Shown here piece after piece: positions 48,715 through 51,364 of a DNA stretch of 51,364 nt (positions are counted from its first letter, which is position 1; the number at the start of each line of letters is the position of its first letter). The notes below the pieces were generated by a model. That model was not told the origin of the DNA. It ran no database searches and was given only the letters and a program-made list of their open reading frames with translations. Location of the stretch: contig DATMFU010000175.1 of NCBI GenBank assembly GCA_035556015.1, forward strand, positions 1 to 51,364, written 5' to 3'. Source of the stretch: Niallia sp. GTDB taxonomy: Bacteria; Bacillota; Bacilli; Bacillales; Cytobacillaceae. The position numbers and the translations under genes were made by a program.

Positions 48715-49551
48715 ATGAGAAACAAGTTATCATTTATTATGGTTCTAACGTTATTAGCAACACTTTTATTGGCAGGATGTGGATCAAATAGTAGTTCAAC
48801 TTCTGGTTCATCAGATAAGGATACTTTTAAAGTAGGGCTTGAAGCTGGTTATGCCCCATTTAATTGGACACAAAATGATGATTCGAATGGTGCGGTGAAA
48901 ATACAAGGATCATCAGAATATGCTGGTGGATATGATGTGGAAATTGCCAAGAAAGTAGCTGAAGGATTAGGGAAAAAATTAGTTATTGTCAAAACCGAGT
49001 GGGATGGTTTAGTGCCTTCATTAGTTTCAGGAAAGGTAGATGCAATAATAGCAGGTATGTCGCCTACAGCAGAACGTAAGAAGACAATTGACTTTTCAGA
49101 TAACTACTATCAGTCAAACTTAGTCATGGTAGTAAAAAAAGGTAGCAAATACGAAAATGCAACATCTATTCAAGATTTTAAAGGTGCAAAAATTACAGCT
49201 CAGCTGAATACATTCCACTATTCTGTAATCGACCAAATCAAAGGAGTAGAGAAAAAAACAGCAATGGATAACTTTCCAGCAATGAGGGTAGCTCTTGAAT
49301 CTGGTGTTATTGATGGGTATGTTTCAGAACGTCCTGAAGGAGTTAGTGCTTCTGCAGCAAACGATAAATATGGAATGGTTGAATTTAAAGAAGGATTTGT
49401 AACTTCAGAAGAAGACACATCCATCGCCGTTGGTTTGCAAAAGGACAGTAAACTAGTAGATAAAATTAATAAAATCTTAGCAGAAATTCCAGAAGAAGAT
49501 CGTACAGACCTAATGGATAATGCTATTAAGAATCAACCTGCAGCAGAATAA
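48715..49551 (+). CDS. Amino-acid (probably lysine) ABC substrate-binding lipoprotein
   Basis: Lipobox LAGC; GLEAGYAPFNW, GYDVEIAK, AGMSPTAER; downstream of the lysine riboswitch. Confidence 0.92.
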   Translation: MRNKLSFIMVLTLLATLLLAGCGSNSSSTSGSSDKDTFKVGLEAGYAPFNWTQNDDSNGAVKIQGSSEYAGGYDVEIAKKVAEGLGKKLVIVKTEWDGLVPSLVSGKVDAIIAGMSPTAERKKTIDFSDNYYQSNLVMVVKKGSKYENATSIQDFKGAKITAQLNTFHYSVIDQIKGVEKKTAMDNFPAMRVALESGVIDGYVSERPEGVSASAANDKYGMVEFKEGFVTSEEDTSIAVGLQKDSKLVDKINKILAEIPEEDRTDLMDNAIKNQPAAE

Positions 49552-49561
49552 AAATGATGAT

Positions 49562-49590
49562 ACCGGCTGTATTTTGATACAGTCGGTTTT
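49562..49590 (+). other. Intercistronic terminator-like hairpin after the SBP gene
   Basis: ACCGGCTGTAT-TTTG-ATACAGTCGGT followed by TTT. Confidence 0.6.
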
Positions 49591-49612
49591 ATACAGTAAG
49601 TGAGGAGAAAAG

Positions 49613-50356
49613 ATGAGTCTTGAGTGGATCATTAAAATAATAGCAGAGAACTGGCCAATGTTTCTACGTGGTGCTGGTTTAACTCTTTTGATTGCTTTGA
49701 TTGGTACTATAATTGGCGCAGTAATTGGATTAATAGCAGGAGTTATTCGTACAATCCCAACCCCTGAAAGAGGAGCAAAAAGGATACTATTAAAAGTAAT
49801 TAATATCATTTTATCTATCTATATTGAATTCTTCCGTGGAACACCAATGATTGTGCAAGCAATGGTTATTTATTATGGTTCTGCGTTAGCATTTGGTATA
49901 GACATGAATGTTTTTGCAGCTGCAATTATTGTAGTCTCTATAAATACAGGAGCCTATATGGCAGAAATTGTTCGTGGGGGAATTGTATCAGTAGATAAAG
50001 GGCAATTTGAAGCTGCTCATGCAATTGGAATGAATCATGTACAAACAATGTGGAATGTTGTTTTACCACAGGTTATTCGTAATATATTACCTGCTACAGG
50101 AAATCAATTTGTTATTAATATTAAGGATACTTCTGTATTAAACGTTATATCGGTTACCGAGCTATATTTCGTGACAAAATCAATTTCAGGTAATAATTTT
50201 AGATATTTTGAATCCTTCTTTGTAGCATGTTTAATTTATTTTGTTATGACCTTTATTGTCACAAGAATCCTGCTTTATATGGAGAAAAAATTAGATGGAT
50301 CTGATAACTATACCCTTATTGGAAATGAATTGAATGAAAAGAAATTGAGTAAATAA
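49613..50356 (+). CDS. Amino-acid ABC permease
   Basis: [37 protein letters not shown]. Confidence 0.93.
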   Translation: MSLEWIIKIIAENWPMFLRGAGLTLLIALIGTIIGAVIGLIAGVIRTIPTPERGAKRILLKVINIILSIYIEFFRGTPMIVQAMVIYYGSALAFGIDMNVFAAAIIVVSINTGAYMAEIVRGGIVSVDKGQFEAAHAIGMNHVQTMWNVVLPQVIRNILPATGNQFVINIKDTSVLNVISVTELYFVTKSISGNNFRYFESFFVACLIYFVMTFIVTRILLYMEKKLDGSDNYTLIGNELNEKKLSK

Positions 50357-50376
50357 TGAAAGAAGGTGAAGAGAGA

Positions 50377-51111
50377 ATGGATAAGATTATTGATATTCAG
50401 CATCTTAACAAGTCTTATGGTTCCCATGAAGTGCTTAGAGACATTAATTTTTCTGTAAATAAAGGAGAAGTGGTAACTATTATTGGTTCCTCTGGATCTG
50501 GTAAATCCACTCTTCTCCGTTGTATCAACCTTTTAGAGAAGGCAAATGGTGGACAAATCCTCTATCATGGCGAGAATATATTGGATAACAAGCATGATGT
50601 AGCTAACTATCGAAAACATTTAGGAATGGTATTCCAACAATTTAACTTATTTAATAATCATAATGTGCTTAAAAACTGTGTAGTAGGACAAGTAAAAGTA
50701 TTAAAACGTTCCAAAGCAGAAGCGGAAAAAGTAGCGATGAATTATTTAAAGGTTGTTGGAATGGATCAATACATTAATGCAATGCCAAAACAATTATCTG
50801 GTGGTCAAAAACAACGTGTAGCAATCGCAAGGGCACTTTCTATGGAGCCAGATGTTATGTTATTTGATGAGCCGACTTCAGCTCTTGATCCAGAAATGGT
50901 TGGAGAAGTATTGAAAGTAATGAAAGACCTTGCAAGCTCTGGTCTTACAATGATCATCGTAACACATGAGATGGAATTTGCTAGAGAAGTATCTGACCGT
51001 GTTGTATTTATGGATAAAGGATTAATTGCGGAAGAAGGCAGTTCTGAGCAAATCTTCCAACATCCAACACAAGAACGTACGAGAGAATTCCTTAAGCGTA
51101 CATTAAAATAA
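50377..51111 (+). CDS. Amino-acid ABC ATPase
   Basis: [29 protein letters not shown]; ATG 50377 follows GAAGGTG (alternative ATG 50356 overlaps the permease stop). Confidence 0.94.
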   Translation: MDKIIDIQHLNKSYGSHEVLRDINFSVNKGEVVTIIGSSGSGKSTLLRCINLLEKANGGQILYHGENILDNKHDVANYRKHLGMVFQQFNLFNNHNVLKNCVVGQVKVLKRSKAEAEKVAMNYLKVVGMDQYINAMPKQLSGGQKQRVAIARALSMEPDVMLFDEPTSALDPEMVGEVLKVMKDLASSGLTMIIVTHEMEFAREVSDRVVFMDKGLIAEEGSSEQIFQHPTQERTREFLKRTLK

Positions 51112-51173
51112 ATGTAGTTTGTTTTTTAGTAGAAGATATAGAGTTATAGTATCCTTACTAGAAAATATTGTTA

Positions 51174-51202
51174 TTGACAATCCTTTTATGAACTACTAGA
51201 AT
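51174..51202 (+). promoter_or_regulatory. SigA promoter
   Basis: TTGACA-N17-TAGAAT. Confidence 0.8.
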
Positions 51203-51252
51203 GGAAAATATTTAAAACGAGTTATCACGATAAAAAAACTTAATATGTAGAA

Positions 51253-51357
51253 AGCTATGAATGCTATGGATCACACTATAGCAGGAGCAGCTTCTGGAGA
51301 GACCATGGTCATTTCATGGCGCCGAAGGGTTCACAATCTCAGGCAAAAGGACAGAAG
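51253..51357 (+). ncRNA. Glycine riboswitch (single aptamer with 5' ghost hairpin)
   Basis: CTTCTGGAGAGACC...GGCGCCGAAGG...CTCAGGCAAAAGGACAGAAG; P1 CTTCTG/CAGAAG; regulated gene lies beyond the window. Confidence 0.9.
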
Positions 51358-51364
51358 ATTAAAT

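Noticed and set aside
7866-49809. Numerous short antisense or nested ORFs in the ORF track (e.g. 8723-9037, 18947-19303, 23052-23441, 27777-28316, 35069-35395, 49510-49809)
   Set aside because: They are shadows of well-supported genes, with no recognisable motifs.
1-51364. CRISPR array, tRNA/rRNA, prophage, intact IS, c-di-GMP riboswitch
   Set aside because: No regularly spaced repeats, structural RNA genes, transposase or integrase ORFs, or GEMM motif were seen by eye.

Overview
AT-rich chromosomal segment from a Bacillales (Bacillaceae/Caryophanaceae-like, probably endospore-forming) bacterium, dominated by nutrient-scavenging and signalling genes. I see no tRNA, rRNA, CRISPR array, prophage or intact transposase. 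In order: two GGDEF diguanylate cyclases flanking a PhnB/VOC protein; a TRM11-like methyltransferase; a secreted alkaline phosphatase; a polar amino-acid ABC transporter; an AfuABC-like ABC transporter coupled to a cytoplasmic EEP phosphatase behind PhoP-like boxes; the lactate locus lutABC-lutR-lutP with twin LutR operators; yuzF plus Mn catalase; YhgE/Pip with TetR; two chemoreceptors; a ytbDE/ytcD-like locus; PyrR-attenuated codBA; a PTS EIICB with an adenylosuccinate-lyase-like enzyme, RpiR and a HAD; an MFS pump; an SH3/L,D-transpeptidase; YusW; sucrose scrR-scrA-scrB; a Stay-green homolog; a lysine-riboswitch-controlled ABC transporter; and a singleton glycine riboswitch at the right edge. 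The best candidate for an undescribed system is the PTS plus fumarate-eliminating lyase plus RpiR unit (34158-38927), which I hypothesise catabolises a sugar-malate or sugar-aspartate conjugate such as bacillithiol-derived GlcN(Ac)-malate. Second is the Pho-box ABC plus EEP phosphoester-uptake operon. Two gene relics missing from the ORF track (nitroreductase, GGDEF) lie in intergenic DNA. All family calls come from motif recognition by eye; no database searches were run.
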